DNA of 64,000 nt from Klebsormidium nitens (taxonomy: Eukaryota; Plantae; Klebsormidiophyceae). A program made the position numbers and the translations under genes. Positions 49,539 through 62,987 of the stretch are shown one piece after another. The notes below the pieces were generated by a model, which saw nothing but the letters and a program-made list of their open reading frames with translations, made no database searches and had not been told where the DNA came from. The stretch is taken from NCBI GenBank assembly GCA_000708835.1, contig DF237126.1:50369-114368 (forward strand), in the 5' to 3' direction. Position 1 is the first letter of the stretch. The number at the start of each line of letters is the position of its first letter.

Positions 49539-52500
49539 ATGATTGGCTCAAGTCTAGCTCGTGTTAAGGTTTCTTCTATCGCATTTGCAACTCCTCAGCA
49601 GCAGGGAGCAAAAAGATCCCAATCAGCGGTGCGTCAAGCACCCTACTCTGCAGTACAGTCTGGGAAGTCAGGCGCTCAGCAATTGACAACTGTAACTTTG
49701 AACAGTGACCCTCATTTGCGGAGCTTCAGGCACCAGATTATCCCAGCGGTGCAGAAGGTGCAATTCGTTGTCAGTGTTGAAAGAAGGAAGCCGGCCTTGG
49801 TTCAGTCGATTCAAACGGCCAGTCCTAGCCTGGCACCTCCTTCACCAAGAGGCTTCAGAAAGAGGGCGGTGGAGTATCCAGTTAGCACTGAGGAGTCTCC
49901 AGTGAGGAGGAGAGCTGCTGAGAGATCAAGGCCGGTTCACACACGGGGTACCGCACAGGTAGACGCTGATCCAAAGTTCATGCCTTCACGTTTCCAGATC
50001 ATACTGCATCGAGAGACATGCTTTTTATGCGTTGTGATCTCGTAGAAACTAGCATCTTAGACTTGGTCTCGTGTCTGAGAAGTCTTTCCGTTTTCCTTGT
50101 AGAGCAGATTTTGAGTGCTTTGAGAAAGTTCTGAGTGCTTGAGCCTTAGTAATCTTTAAGTTCCTGGGCAATTGCTGCATAGAGCAAGTAGATTGAATGC
50201 TCACACGAGCGTGAGGAACATTGCATCATATCTTGAGTACCACTCTCCTTGAATTCTGATCTTTCTTGTTGAACACGAGGAGCTTCCTCCTTGCATGAAG
50301 CACTATGTTTGGTGTTGAGGAGAGATCTACAACCTTGCTCGTTGTGCAGGTGGCATTTCCACCTCTTTCGAGCGAAGAAGATGTTTGGAGGCAACTGGAA
50401 GCGTCGTCAACCAGCCTCGGGTCTTCATCAACCGATCTGAAGTCTGTGGAGGCAGTCATTTTGTCAACTTTCCAGGAATCAATCGCAGCTCTTCGATCCC
50501 CAGCCACAACGAGCACCCTCCTCCTTCACCTTCTCGCAGCACTCTACGGATCGAACACTGTCGTCGCCAAGCTCATAGACTCCTCAGCCGCAGACTTGCC
50601 CCCCAGTCTGACAACCTTGGCTAGATACGTCATCACGACGCTGCCCTTTGTACCTGCTCTCTGGGGAGCTCTCCGCTCAAAGGAAGATGGTCTCTTCTTG
50701 GGGGGGTGTGAGCTGGGCCTGCAGGCCTTCCTTGGCATCCTGTGTGGATCAGCAGCTGCAAAGTCAGCGACAGCCAGCAACGCGTCGATGCTGTTCACGT
50801 TCACGGTATGTGGCACATGCAATCGTTCAGCTTGATTGAGTCCTTGTAATCTACCTCTTATCTTATACTTGTATCAGCCTCTGCTGTAGCCTCTTGCCTG
50901 ACTGGTCCTGCCGGATCTTGCTTTTCATGATGGGTTGCTTGGCTCGCTTTTAGGATTATCCCCCTCCTCTTCAATCAGACAGCAACGCTGCTCACCCCTG
51001 GTACGTCAGGAAGTGTAAAGATTGTCTGCTTTGGATCTGAGCCCGAACAAACGTCTCAATCTGAGGAGATTTCTGCCGTACTTTTGCACCGGTAGCCTTG
51101 CAATGAGTTCCTCTTCGGGAGGGAGTGCTGTCAATGATGTTGGTCACTCCGCAAAAAGAGATGATTTGTTTTTCCCAACCCTGTACCGCACAGCCTTTCG
51201 GTGCCCTAGTTTAGGCCCTTCTCGTCCTGTCTCTTGCAAACAGGACATGAAAACCGGCGTTCTCCGTGCAGACATATTTGCCTCGCAGAGGACCCATCTC
51301 ACCTGCCGACCTTTGTTTGTTACGTATGCAGATCATCGTCATGCCAATGATGGAGATCTTTGCGGGCAGATCGGTGAGCAAGCTGACCTGGGGCGCAACT
51401 CTGGCGGCCATATCGGCTATGGGGCTGCTCGAGTGGGAGGGGGCCCACGTCCATGACGCTCTGGCCCCTCACGCAGGCGACATGTGGCCGCTTATCGGGT
51501 GCGCTTTGTCAGCCGCACAAATCTTCCGTTCTGAGAGTCTCTCGGCGAAGTTCGACCCACTGCACTTGACTGCGGTCCAGGTGAGCGCACAGAAAAGATG
51601 CTTGTCGACTCAAAGAGCACGCTGTTTACGTTTTCAAGGGAATCTCTAAAAAGAGCGTCACAATCGAATTCTGCTCTGCTCTAATCAAGCAAGCTTTACG
51701 TCTTCTTGCACTTCCTTTCTGATGTTGTAGATTCTGTTTCGCTTCTTCCTTTTCCTCCCCCGTTCCGAGCTTTGCAGGAATGCTGTACGTCCGTTCTACC
51801 TGACTGAAAACTTCGTGCCAGCCGTTGCCTTCTTTTCGCTTTCAAAGGTCATGACTTGCTGACCCCAATTTGCGTTCGCTCTCAGCTGGGCGTTCTGACC
51901 CTCCTCTCCGCCGGTTGGGAGGCCTTCACCCTGATCAGCGGCGGTACGCACCTCGACGCCCTACAAGGTCAGCTGGAGGACCTTCCTTGGGGGCTGCTCT
52001 TGTACAGCGGCCTCGTCTGTGCTGGTGAGCCACGTGAAAGATTCTTCGCATACTCTGAGCTTGCCTCGAGGAGAAAATGTACTTTCTGTTCTTATGATTC
52101 TGTTTCAAATACGTACTTTGTAGGCTTCTGATCGTTTCGGCGTGCTCTGACACCATGGCTGCTCGCTCGGCGGACCCCTCTGCAACGAAGAAGCGAAATT
52201 TCCACAAGTTTCTTGACTGTACACAACGCTCGATGCTGGTCTGCTCCTGCGCGCCAAGTCTAAGTACGTGGGAAAATAGCTCGTTCTACAGCTTGAGCGT
52301 GGTCAAAAGACTTGTATAATGGCTCATCCGTTACTGTTCCTGACGCTCCTTTCCGCCCGTTCCGTCCTTGTCCAGGCCTCTGCCAGTGGGCGGAGCTCAA
52401 GGGCCTGCGCCACGTGCACGCCTCCACCGCGACGCTCATCTACACCACCATCCCCGTCTGGGGCGCTTTTCTCTCCTTCCTCGTTCGCGGCGAGCCGCCG

Positions 52501-53253
52501 GGCAACGCCACCACCCTGGGGGCCGCCCTCCTGGTCAGCCTCGCCGTCGGCGGCCAGGCGTTCCGCGGAGCCGCGGCCGCGTTCGGCGCCGTCCGGGGTT
52601 TGGAGGGTTTGGAGGCGGCCGAGACAGGCATGGCCTTTTTGCCCAAGCTGGAGCTGGCCGCCCCGAAGGCGAACTCGGAGGCGCTCCCCGCCGCGCTTCT
52701 CTCGACGCAGCTCAAGCTGCCGTTCTACGCGGCGGAGGCGCAGCGCGTCATGGCTGAGACGAAGCTCCGCCTCGCGGCGGCCAAGTCGTCGCTCGAGTCG
52801 TGGAGCGGTAGCCTGATCGGAGGGCTTACGGGGCCTAACTCGGAGGAGCTCAACGGCAGTCAAAACAACCCCTCCACGGCGGTGTCAACCTTGAACCCCG
52901 TTCCAGATGCTGCTGCGCTCGCGCACCGCACCGCCGAAGCTTCTCACGCCTATCCGATCCACCCCGGCGTCGAAGCGCCCTCCTCGCACCTAGTCGGGAC
53001 CGCTGATGCGGCCATCCACGCAGGAGGAACGCTGGCCAAGTCTTTCGTGGACAAGGCAGAAGCGCTGGGAGCGGTTCTTACTTCGGGAAGTGTACAGATT
53101 ACGGACTTCGCAAACGAGGGCCTTCGGACGGCAGCGTCCGCAGAGCAAAACCTGGCTCAGTCGTGGATCACAGCAGTGGAGCCGCCACTCAGCTGGATCG
53201 GACACGTGGCCGCGCTGGATGTGGCCACGTGGTGCCATCTCCTGCGCCACTGA
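49539..53253 (+). CDS. EamA/DMT-family transporter with N-terminal transit-like region and long C-terminal extension, 5 exons, ~713 aa
   Basis: Exons 49539-49958, 50350-50805, 51332-51580, 51886-52024, 52376-53253. DMT-type segments LYGSNTVVAK, GGCELG, GDMWPLIG, LPWGLLLYSGLVCAGLCQWAE, ATLIYTTIPVWGAFLSFLVRGE. Confidence 0.88.
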
Positions 53254-54526
53254 ACTCCCCTCCTTCGGAGCCCCTGATTGTGAGAAGCTTGCCCTATAAA
53301 ATAAGAGGACGAGATCAGCCGCATAAACAAAAACTTTCGTTGAGTCCAGGATCAATAGATTTGCGAGGTCAAAAAGGCACGCGCTTGACATAGGAGCAGC
53401 CAAAGCTGTGTGTGGTGGGTCAAAACGTAGTCTGCGTTTGATGTGTGGGGCGATGAGGCAGACACATTGTCTGGAAAGCTGTAAATAATATTTAAGCCGC
53501 TGTAATAGTCAGACACATTGTCTGCGTAGGACGTGGATGTAACTTGAGCAGTAGGGCAGCCACATAGCTGGTTCGAATGATTGATCGCTTGTTGATAGGC
53601 CCTTCGGCGGTGAGGGGAGAGTCTTCGAGGCCTGCATAAGTTGAGCTTAAAGCTAAATTTGACATTGCAAAGACGATGAGATTTCTTAGATGTAGCAGTT
53701 TTCTACTTCACGCGCCCAATCCACGTGTGGCGCAGGGATAAGGCAAAGTCGATTCGATTGAGGGTGATCTGAAAAAGTTCGAAAGCTAGCTACAGATCTG
53801 TGAAACACTATTCTAACCGTCACCCCTCATGCTCCAACTTATTCCTGAGATGTCCTGGTATGGAGCTTGACCTGACCTTACCACATGGCAGAAGTGACTC
53901 AATCATACATGCTGCATGTCAAGGCGCCTTCGATCAACCTACACCTTGTATACAGGCGGCATCATACGGACACGCCTGTCATCAGTGCACGAATGATGAA
54001 AGGGTGTTCAAATGTGGTCTTATAATGCAATGCGTACGCGCGCACTGCTCAACTTGGCATGGATATGTAACCACTTCGCTATACAATGATGGTCTCAGTT
54101 TCTTCAAACACGCCATAATCATTCAAATAAGTGGATTTGATTGTACGTTTATGTATGAAAAGAGAGAGCTGTATGCCACAGCAACAATTACACGGCTAGA
54201 TCTACTGCAGATGATCTAGATATTCTGTCAAATTGCCATTGAGATCAACGATCGCGCCTATAACAACGAATCATTGGGCATGCATTAATTCAGCGGAAAC
54301 TCGGAACCCATCAACGATTCTGGTCATTCTGCGGAAGAGTCCTGCTGGTAAGTACTACATATCAAGTCTCAAATACATAACCAGTTATCATGCTATCGAA
54401 GGTTGCATCTTATAACCTGCGTTCAATGTTCAAACCCTGGTTGCTGACAGTCAATGACATAGAACATTTTTGAGCTGAGTCAGCTCTGGAGCATCTCCAT
54501 GGCATACTATTCCGCTTTGATCAATT

Positions 54527-55582
54527 CTATCCCACCATTGGCGGCCTTACAACTTTGGCTTCCTTGTTTACATAGATGCGCACACGCAGAGGATTGTAAT
54601 CCATGGTGACAATGGCATCCTCAGGCACAATGAAGATAGACAGCTTGTTAGGAGACTCTGTTTCAATAACGCTTTTAGCCTGCAACCCAGTGGCTCCCAT
54701 AAGCTCCGGCCAGGAGGTCTTTGACATTGGTTCCCCCTGTTGAATGGCACCTGAAGAGAGATTGCAAAAGAACGAGACTACTTTCAGACCACGTCAGGGC
54801 AACTTCAAATGAGACATCATCGACGCCGTTGTAGCGTCCTTCTTTGCTGAATTCGACTTGCAAGCCTACAACACTTTGTATGTTCATGGGTCCCTGATAG
54901 GACCTACGAGCATCGAAGAATAAAACACCGAAAGCAACAGATATCCTGCTGATTGTGAGCTTGATAAACAGCTCAGGGGCTGGCTCACTAAAATTTTGGG
55001 CGCAGTATGAACAGTTCGTAGACTGAGTGAGCGGGGGCAGCTCGCATTCTGCCAATCCCAAGCCAAACAAGCCCCGATGTAGGCACGCTTCCCTAAGAAG
55101 CGTGACGATGCTGCTGGTTTCAAGGGTGTTGACAAGCAAAAACGCTCTCTAGTGCAGGTGTTGAGTTCGAATCACGCTCACCTTCTGTTTGGCCCTGATT
55201 CACCACGCTCTGGAGCTGCAGGATCAAAGGCAGAGTCTTTTCTCACTAAGTTGATTCTGGCAAATCCAGAGGAAATTACAGCCTTCTAGGGCAATAACAA
55301 GCATTATGAGCAGTCGCCTTTAAGCTTTGATGAGAGAGTGCGTGAAACGGGGGTTCTGAAAGGTATTGAGGCAGTAGATTATACTGGCACAGGCACAACT
55401 GAGGCGTCAAACAACATTGCAATCAGCTCTAGAGCTTGCCGGTCAAGCTGGTTTGCTTTCACCACTGCACTTACCTTGGAATCGAACGAGTTGATAGTCG
55501 GTTTGCTCAGGGCTCCTGCACTCAAGTACAGCACAACCAGGAGAAGAAGAGGGATAGCTGCCCGTCTACAGCACGAGGACAT
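54527..55582 (-). CDS. Secreted potato inhibitor I family (I13) serine protease inhibitor, 3 exons, 121 aa
   Basis: Exons 55582-55475, 55215-55182, 54750-54527. Signal peptide AAIPLLLLVVLYLSAGALS, then KTSWPELMG..AKSVIETE..VTMDYNPLRVRIYVN..VVRPPMVG. Confidence 0.92.
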
Positions 55583-56803
55583 TGCGCCTGCACTTACTTT
55601 CAGGGCTGTCCTGCAATATGTAGCAACCTGGGTCCAAGGTCAAGATGGAGGAAACGTATTCCTGTCAAGATGCAGTCCCACAAGCGCAGACCGGCATGCA
55701 CAATAATAGCGCTCAAGGTTCAGGCTTCCTAGCTCTGGCTGTACGTCTCTTGATCGATTGAGCTTGGAACCCTAATTTCTCCCCGTCGATCTGTTGTTCT
55801 ACTTCCGACTATCTTGAGCCGTCAGATATGAATGAAATTGCGGCCTTCAAATCTATCGACGGCTTAGCAGTGAGCACTGAAGCTTTAACGGGCTCACAAA
55901 CATCGACAGGCTCACGCTCTATCGTTCAGAGCTTTCTAGCCTCTAGAAGGAATGGACGGACGGAGCCATCCATCAACTTTGGATGAAGCAGATACCGTAT
56001 ACCGATAATTAGATATTGAGAAGCAGGCCGCCAACTTCAAAGCTCGACGAGATTGAACAGTAGGGGAACAGTATAGCTTGACTCGACGCAAATTAAGATC
56101 CGACAGCGCATCAAATTCCGAAAAGAGGCCGGTCTTGGTTCTCACCACATCACGATTGAAGATCGACAAATGGTGTTGCGTCGATGGTTAATACTTTTTT
56201 TTGCAGGAGACACAACAATCCGATCTTGTGCTGTGGCATGCGTATAGATCTTCCATGATTCCCATGATTTGCCTGATTCTTCGAATCCACACTGATCGGA
56301 CATGTTCGAGTCCACATATGCTCATCTTGACCTCTTCTTAACGTCTTGTGTGTACGTGCCGCACTGATCCGATCATGGCTTGCTTAAGAGAAGCGACCAT
56401 TGTCGAGTCTCATTCGATTCTCTTAGAGGATCAGAGCAGATTGGAGCATGCTTGGTCGCACATGAGCTTGCAGCACATGATTGATTGAATGTGTTGATTG
56501 CTTCTGACTTTAAACTTAGCACATGCCGCTGCACCCTTTGAGCTTGCCCCTGCAAACGTTATTTCATAACCCAGATATGGTGTCATGGGGCATTCGTACC
56601 TTGCCATACGTCGTACGGCAATATGTGAAGTTGATCTGGAAACGAGAAAGAGGAGTGACTGCTTATGCTATCGTTGCTTCAGTGTCACAAATCATCTTCG
56701 AATCGTCTGATAACATCAAGACCTCATCAGGTACTAATCAGGGCTGAGTTTGCCTGCCCAACAAGGTTTTCTCGGGAAACAGCCCTCTTTTGGGCGGTCT
56801 TCC

Positions 56804-59800
56804 TCAAACATACCGGTAGTCTCCCATCACAAAGTCCTTGGGCCCCAGACTCGGCTTCACGAGGTGCCGATAATACCGCCCGTTCATGAGCCTGAGCCCC
56901 GCATATGCAACTTTGTCCTGCAACGACAGTTTCACCAATTCGTCTCGTAACCAGGCCTCCATGAGCCCCTGGAAGGCCTTGGTGACCGGACGGATGTAAG
57001 GGGGATCCCTCTGCTGGTAGAGGACGCCCGCTGACATCAGAGCGCGCGCTACTTCGTCCTCGAGGAACTCGCTCGCGGCCAAATTGACGTAGTTCACCTG
57101 GAGATGGGTGATATAGCTTCCTTAGTCGCTATTATGCGGATTCGTTTTTGCTGACCGGATCAGACGCCGTGTTCAGTTTAAGCAGAGCAACAAAAACAGG
57201 CCATCCAAACCGGCTCGGTAAACCGTCCTTCCGACCTTTCTAAAGAGAGACCGACCGGAGCAGACAGCGTATCGAAGCAGACCGCGGTGACAGGGCCCCC
57301 GTTAGTCTGAAAGAGCTCGAAAAAGTGGTGAAGCGACAGCGGCTGATTTCTGGATCTCGCCTCATGCTAGGAAGGTCGTCCACTGTCTGGCTGCAATCTC
57401 CCCTGAAGAAATCTCCAACGAAAACTCGCACGAGCAATCAAGACCTACCTTGAACGAGAATATCTCCATGATTAAAAGACTTGAACCTGCCAAGAGACCA
57501 TCTGGTTCGCCACCACATTCGAAGTGAAGCAGGCGTAGGCTTCATCGCTTGAATGCTTTTGAAGGGTACTCACGATTTGGAGCTGAATCTCTGGGATCCA
57601 CTTTACAACTCTAAAATAATTATTGAAATCTTGAGACCCACTTCTTTATGTTGAGATTTAAGCTTTCTGGAACGGGCCCCTCGGCCCAAAGGAACAGACG
57701 CGTCAAGAAGCGAGGTAGAAAAAGAAGAGATTCAACGAAAAAGCCGGGTGGAGCGAAAGACGATCAAGCAAAAGGTAACTCTCGTAAGAAAGAAGAACGA
57801 AGAGTATCAAAAGGAAAACATGGCTCACCCCATAACGCGCTCGCTGCAGCGCCCGGAGGAAGTCGAGAACTTGGAGCGTCGCCCAGCGGACCCATCGCAC
57901 GTCGTCCCATCGCCGAATAAGCCCCCGGGCCCAGCTGCGCCGCGCCGTCCACGCCTCCCGCCCCTTTTCCGCAACTCTGCGCACCACGTCCCGCATCGCC
58001 GGTCTGAAACTCTCCCGCTCTAGTTCGTCCAGGTACTCGACCACGGTCCTGTCAAAATGCGACCCCTCATCGGATGAGTCCCTCACCGCTGACGTCAGCC
58101 CCGCCGCACGCTCGGCCCACAGCGAATGGAACTCCGCCAAGTGGCGCGCGTTCAGGCCCACCGCGTCGTTCAACCGGGCCCACTGCGCGGGGGAAACCAA
58201 CCGGGGCACCAAGTGCACCGAGGCCTCTACTGCCGTCCAGCCAAAGTACTCGGAGGGCTTCACCCGGGCTTCGAGGAACTTCTGCTCGGTGTCGAAGTCA
58301 TTCGAATAGTGCCCGTCGGAAGTGGTCAGTATAACGGGCAGCGTTTTGGCGCGCTCCGTCAACTGCAAGATTAACTGGTCGTGGAATTGCGCGCCGGACA
58401 CCACGTGGCGTAACCGTTTCCGGCGGCTGTGCCCGAGCCCCGGCGCCTGCCGCAGCAACTCGATCCCGTGAATAACTAGTTTGGGCTCAAATGTCCCCGC
58501 CTCCGCAGCCGCTGACAGCAGATCTATCATTAACACGCTCCATGCGGTTGCCGCGTCCGCCGCCCCCCGCCCCGGCCCCTGGCTCCGCCACTCCTCTTGC
58601 ACCTCTAGTACTTGACGCGCCAAATGAAGCGCATTCAGCGCCAGCCCGATTTGGTTCGGCTCGTGGTACTGTTTCTTTGCCACGGCGGGGACGTTAACCA
58701 GAGCTTCTAACCATAACCGCCCTGTGTTTGGGTCCGGTTCCCTCCGGAACTGCAACTTTTTGACCACCAACTCCGGTCCGCTGTCTGATGCGTCCTTTTT
58801 GTCCGGGTCCGTCACTTCGAAGATCTCATAAGTGCTCGCTAACTCAGCATAAGCTGGCCCCGCAACGCTCTTGAGCCGCCGGAAGCTCATAGAGCTGTCG
58901 GGGGAGCGGACGCTGCCGTCTGAAAGGTGGCGTTCGAGGGCGGCGTCCACGTGGCGCCTCCACGTGAGCGCCCAGAAGATGTCTTCCATCTTGATCTTGT
59001 TCCGCCGGATTCCTTCCTTCACAACGGAAAGAAGCCCGAGCTCAAGATTGGTGCGGAGAGCTCTCTGATATCGGGGCTGAAAAACGGCAGGACCCGGGAA
59101 GCTTTCGGAGTCCGGGGACATCGACGCTCCGTCGACGGCGTGCTCTTTGCTACGGGGTTCCTCTGTCTGCGAAGAACTGCTTGACAGGTGCGCCAGTCCT
59201 GCTCTTGAGGCACTGCTCTCGTTGGAGGGGCTCGACGCGGCTTCCGGGTAAAGTCGGTTGAGCCAGGGGGGAGAAGGGCTAGCGTCCGAGCGGGGGGTAA
59301 GGAGTGCAGCGTAGAGGTCAACATGCGCAACTGCATGTGGAGGACTGGCCCAGTCCTTCAACACCGCTGCAAGGAACGAATACTCTGCTTTGAGAAGGCA
59401 GTTTCGGGTCACGAAAGCTTTTGAGGGACTGGTTGTTGCTAGAATTCTACGATGAGCGAAACGAAGGTCGTAACTTGGGGAAAACCCGCAATGTTCACCG
59501 ATGCTTTTCAGGAGTCAGAAGTACAGCCATGGGAAAAGGCCCTGAAATACCTTGACCTTATCGGGTGCAGACAATGAAAAGGGACAGGGGCGCATGCCGC
59601 AGAACGGAAGTATCACAGAATAAGGGCAATTCATTTTCTGATTTGAATTACCTGAGTGTGACCAGGAGGCAACAACAAATATGGTCTCCCTGAACACCAC
59701 CGATGAGATGCAGACATGACAAACCTTTCTAACATCTTTGGTCAGGCTGAACTGACATATGAATCCCAGAAAAGCCACCTTGAAGGAACCACCCTGACCG

Positions 59801-60604
59801 AAGGACTGCCGCGCTGAACAGCAGTGAAACTGTGCGGCGACCTTTGGCTGCCCAACAGCCAAAGAACCCAAAAGCCTCAAGAGGCGGCCCAACAACTTGC
59901 AGTTCTCATGAGCTGGATTCCGAGAGTCAAGCTCTCTCACTCCTATGAAACAAAAAAGTGGTGGCAGTTGAACTCGTGTCCCCCACCTTTGACGGCCGTC
60001 CGTTTCCCCACACCGCGTGGTCCGTGTAGGACAAATATGTCGTCCGCAAGCGTGCTGGCGCCGTAGCTCTTGACAGCCGACTCAACTGCAAAGCGCCTGA
60101 TGATGGGCCAATCTTTTGGGGAGGTGGACTTTCCTGCATCTGCTGGGGGAGCAGCCGCGCTTTCTGGGGGTGATGCTGAGGGTGGTGCAGAAGGGGGGGG
60201 CGCCGACGAGCAAAAGGAGTGGCCGGAGACGGGGGGCCATTGGTCCAGGCCAATGCTGAGCGCCACCTGTCAGATGTGGAGCAGGCGTGCTGATTGCTTC
60301 TTGATTGAGAACCAGTTGTCCGCCATGGTTGCAGGGGAGCCGCCAAAGACAACAACCGGTTTTTGCTGCTTAAGGTGCATGCATGATGAACATTGCTGAC
60401 GCTACTTAGATCTGTGTGGGAAAAGGCATTGAAGCCTGCATCTTCAACTGAGATCAGCATGAGGGCAGGATTGCTCACCGCTCGCAACCGCGCGATGCCG
60501 CAACCGCTTCGAAGCGCCCCGCTGCTCGAAAGTGCAACCGCCCACTGCTGTTGCACGGCGGCGCTGTGGTGCCATGAGGCGGATTGCTGCACCTGTCTCA
60601 ACAT
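56804..60604 (-). CDS. Uncharacterised P-loop NTPase-like protein, probably organelle targeted, 4 exons, ~745 aa (3' end uncertain)
   Basis: Exons 60604-60479, 60266-59987, 59366-57829, 57097-56804 join in frame. Walker-A-like FVLHGPRGVGKRT followed by VLKDW..HVDL. A donor at 56813 (GTATGT) could add a further 3' exon. Confidence 0.75.
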
Positions 60605-62987
60605 GGTTATTGACGTGTCACTGTCACCAGAGGTGCAAACAATCCGCAATGACTTTTCTGATGAGCGGCGCCATTGTCACATGGCGCTTGCAAGTTGCAG
60701 CAACTCCTGTGCTCCTATTAATGTGACGCTTCGTACATAAGTATGCGCGCGCGAGGGCAAGTTGGTAGGGGGGCAGGAATTCGTTCAGGCATTTGATTAG
60801 AAGTAGTTGCCCTTCAAGTTGGAAACCACGGGCAGCAGCCGCTGTATTCTCAACACATGAGTTCACCATTACCGAGCGATAATGCTTTTCAATGAGCCCC
60901 CTTAAAAAGGTCAAAGCTGCTCGCTACCTGCTCTGTAATTTTGTGTGTGCGTGTGTGTTTTTACAGATTCATTGCAGGAAGCAGGTTGGTGGCGCTTTGC
61001 ACGGAGTGGCGCATGTGGACAAAAGCTTCCCAGACTGTGGCACCCCTGGTGTCTCAGCATGTCGGCACATAGTTTTCAATCTGAATTGCCCCCTGCAGCC
61101 GGCGCCGCCCCCGCTACCTGATTTGCCAGTTCTGTTTCAGAGTTGTCGGCCTGATGATGAGCTAGAACGGAGATCTGAGAGCGCTGTGTCGAAGCCTCCA
61201 TTTAGGGGCTCCACCGCTCTGTCCGGATGAGAACCTAGCACAAGCAGCTGATGGGCCGAAGTAAGTCTTTTCTCGTCGGTTGGATCTTCTTGGCGCCTGC
61301 TTCTTTTCATTCTCGGTTTCTTTGAAGCAATCTTTTCATCAGAAGCTGACACTGGTACGTGTCAAGCTGGGAGAATTGCCTTGGTGCTATTCGTAGCTCA
61401 ATCGACGAGGTGCTGAGTTGTGATTCCTGCATCTGCTGTCCTGCAATGCCAGGGGCACCCTTTGCAGTCAGGATTGCGTTTCTGGTGTCTTTTAGGTGGA
61501 ACAGCAGTTTGTTCTTGTTTAGAGTTGAGCTGCAACCAGGTTCAGATGCGCGACGCCACAGCAGCAAGTTGGTTGCAGACTTACCCTTGTTTAGGACACT
61601 TCAATGTCTATCATATTTGTTGCCCCGCTTATTTCTGTACCTCAAAGTCTGGCTGAACTACTCTAATTTTTCTCTCTTTTGTTCCTTGACAAGTATTCCT
61701 GTCAAATGATCTTTACAGCTTGGACACTTGGACATTGTCGATCTTGCCACTTTTGCCAGACACGCCTCAATCCGTTCTGTCACGGGTAGAACTTCCTGGA
61801 AACTTTCCTGGAATCAACACGCTGGAGAACTTGACGCTTGCCTTTCCTTTTACTGCTCTGCTTTGACCTTCCCTCCGGGAATGTCTGTTTATCCTTGTGA
61901 GTCACACTTTTGCTTTTGTTTCAAGCTCAATCGCTTGGACAGACCCACATCAAATCCAACATGCACCGAAAACGTACGGTCAAAAAGTCAGACGTTTGAT
62001 GCAAAGAGCCTGGCACTGCCCTTTTGAGTACAGGGAGACTTGTTCTTTTCGTGACAGCCCCCTTGAAACACCTCTTTGGTGTTTCTTAGATCATCAAATC
62101 GAAAACCGTTCAGACACTACGCTTGCAAGATGTTTAGGCACCTGTTCAGACCCTGGCGATTAGCAGTGGACCGAAAGACAGCGCTCAGTTTGAGCGCCGC
62201 TGAAAATTTACTGATTTGACAATCCTATGACTTGCAACTCTTAGCCCCAATTGTCTCTATGCCGCGGGGTGGTCGTAAAGATTAATCTTGCATCATGAAC
62301 CTCCATGATGACAATTGATTTTGCTGGCATGCGCAACGGTTACTCCTCTTATACTAAGACAGCTGGAATGAGAGCAGCGCACATGTCCGATCGTCATTTA
62401 ACGATACGTGTGCATATCATGGCAGTATGCTTCGCGAGGTGTGGTGTGAGCAATCAGATAATCACTCGAGCGGCCGGGTAGTCTCCACAAGCTATCATGC
62501 ATCAGACAGCTTGTAGGACCATGCCGCCATGAAGCTCTGTAGTTTATATCATCTCGTCCATGCACCATGGATCTGATGTAGTTACGTCCTGGCAACATAA
62601 GTATGCGGCGGGCATACTTTAGAGCTAGAGATATCGTCCACCCTTGCTTGATTAGATACATTCAGACGACATCCGTATGAAGCATACTTTTTTCTGGAAA
62701 GAGCAGCACCATAAACGCGGGTGCACTCATGGCGTGCTGACAATACAGCCATATATTTGGGGATGGCACAATTGCAACCTGGATGTGCGCTGGATAGCAC
62801 AGGGAAGGACGCGACAGAACATTGCTTCGAAAACGCCAGCAGCACCTGGGTATTCAAGCATAAACTTCGAGAGATTGCTTTGAGTAAATTGTAAGAATTA
62901 TGCTGACTGAAGGTGAAGTCAAAGGGTCTCCGCGCTTACAAACGCTGCAGAGTAGACAGCGTCACCAACGACACTCAGGGACTCCGC

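Noticed and set aside
53459-53524. Two copies of the hairpin-like 15-mer CAGACACATTGTCTG separated by 36 bp, superficially CRISPR-like
   Set aside because: Only two short repeats, no cas genes, eukaryotic 3' flank; most likely a local duplication.
55936-56169. 77-aa minus-strand ORF (FNRDVVRTKTGLFSEFDAL...) as a possible TE or gene fragment
   Set aside because: No recognisable family, no ATG start, no flanking TE signals.
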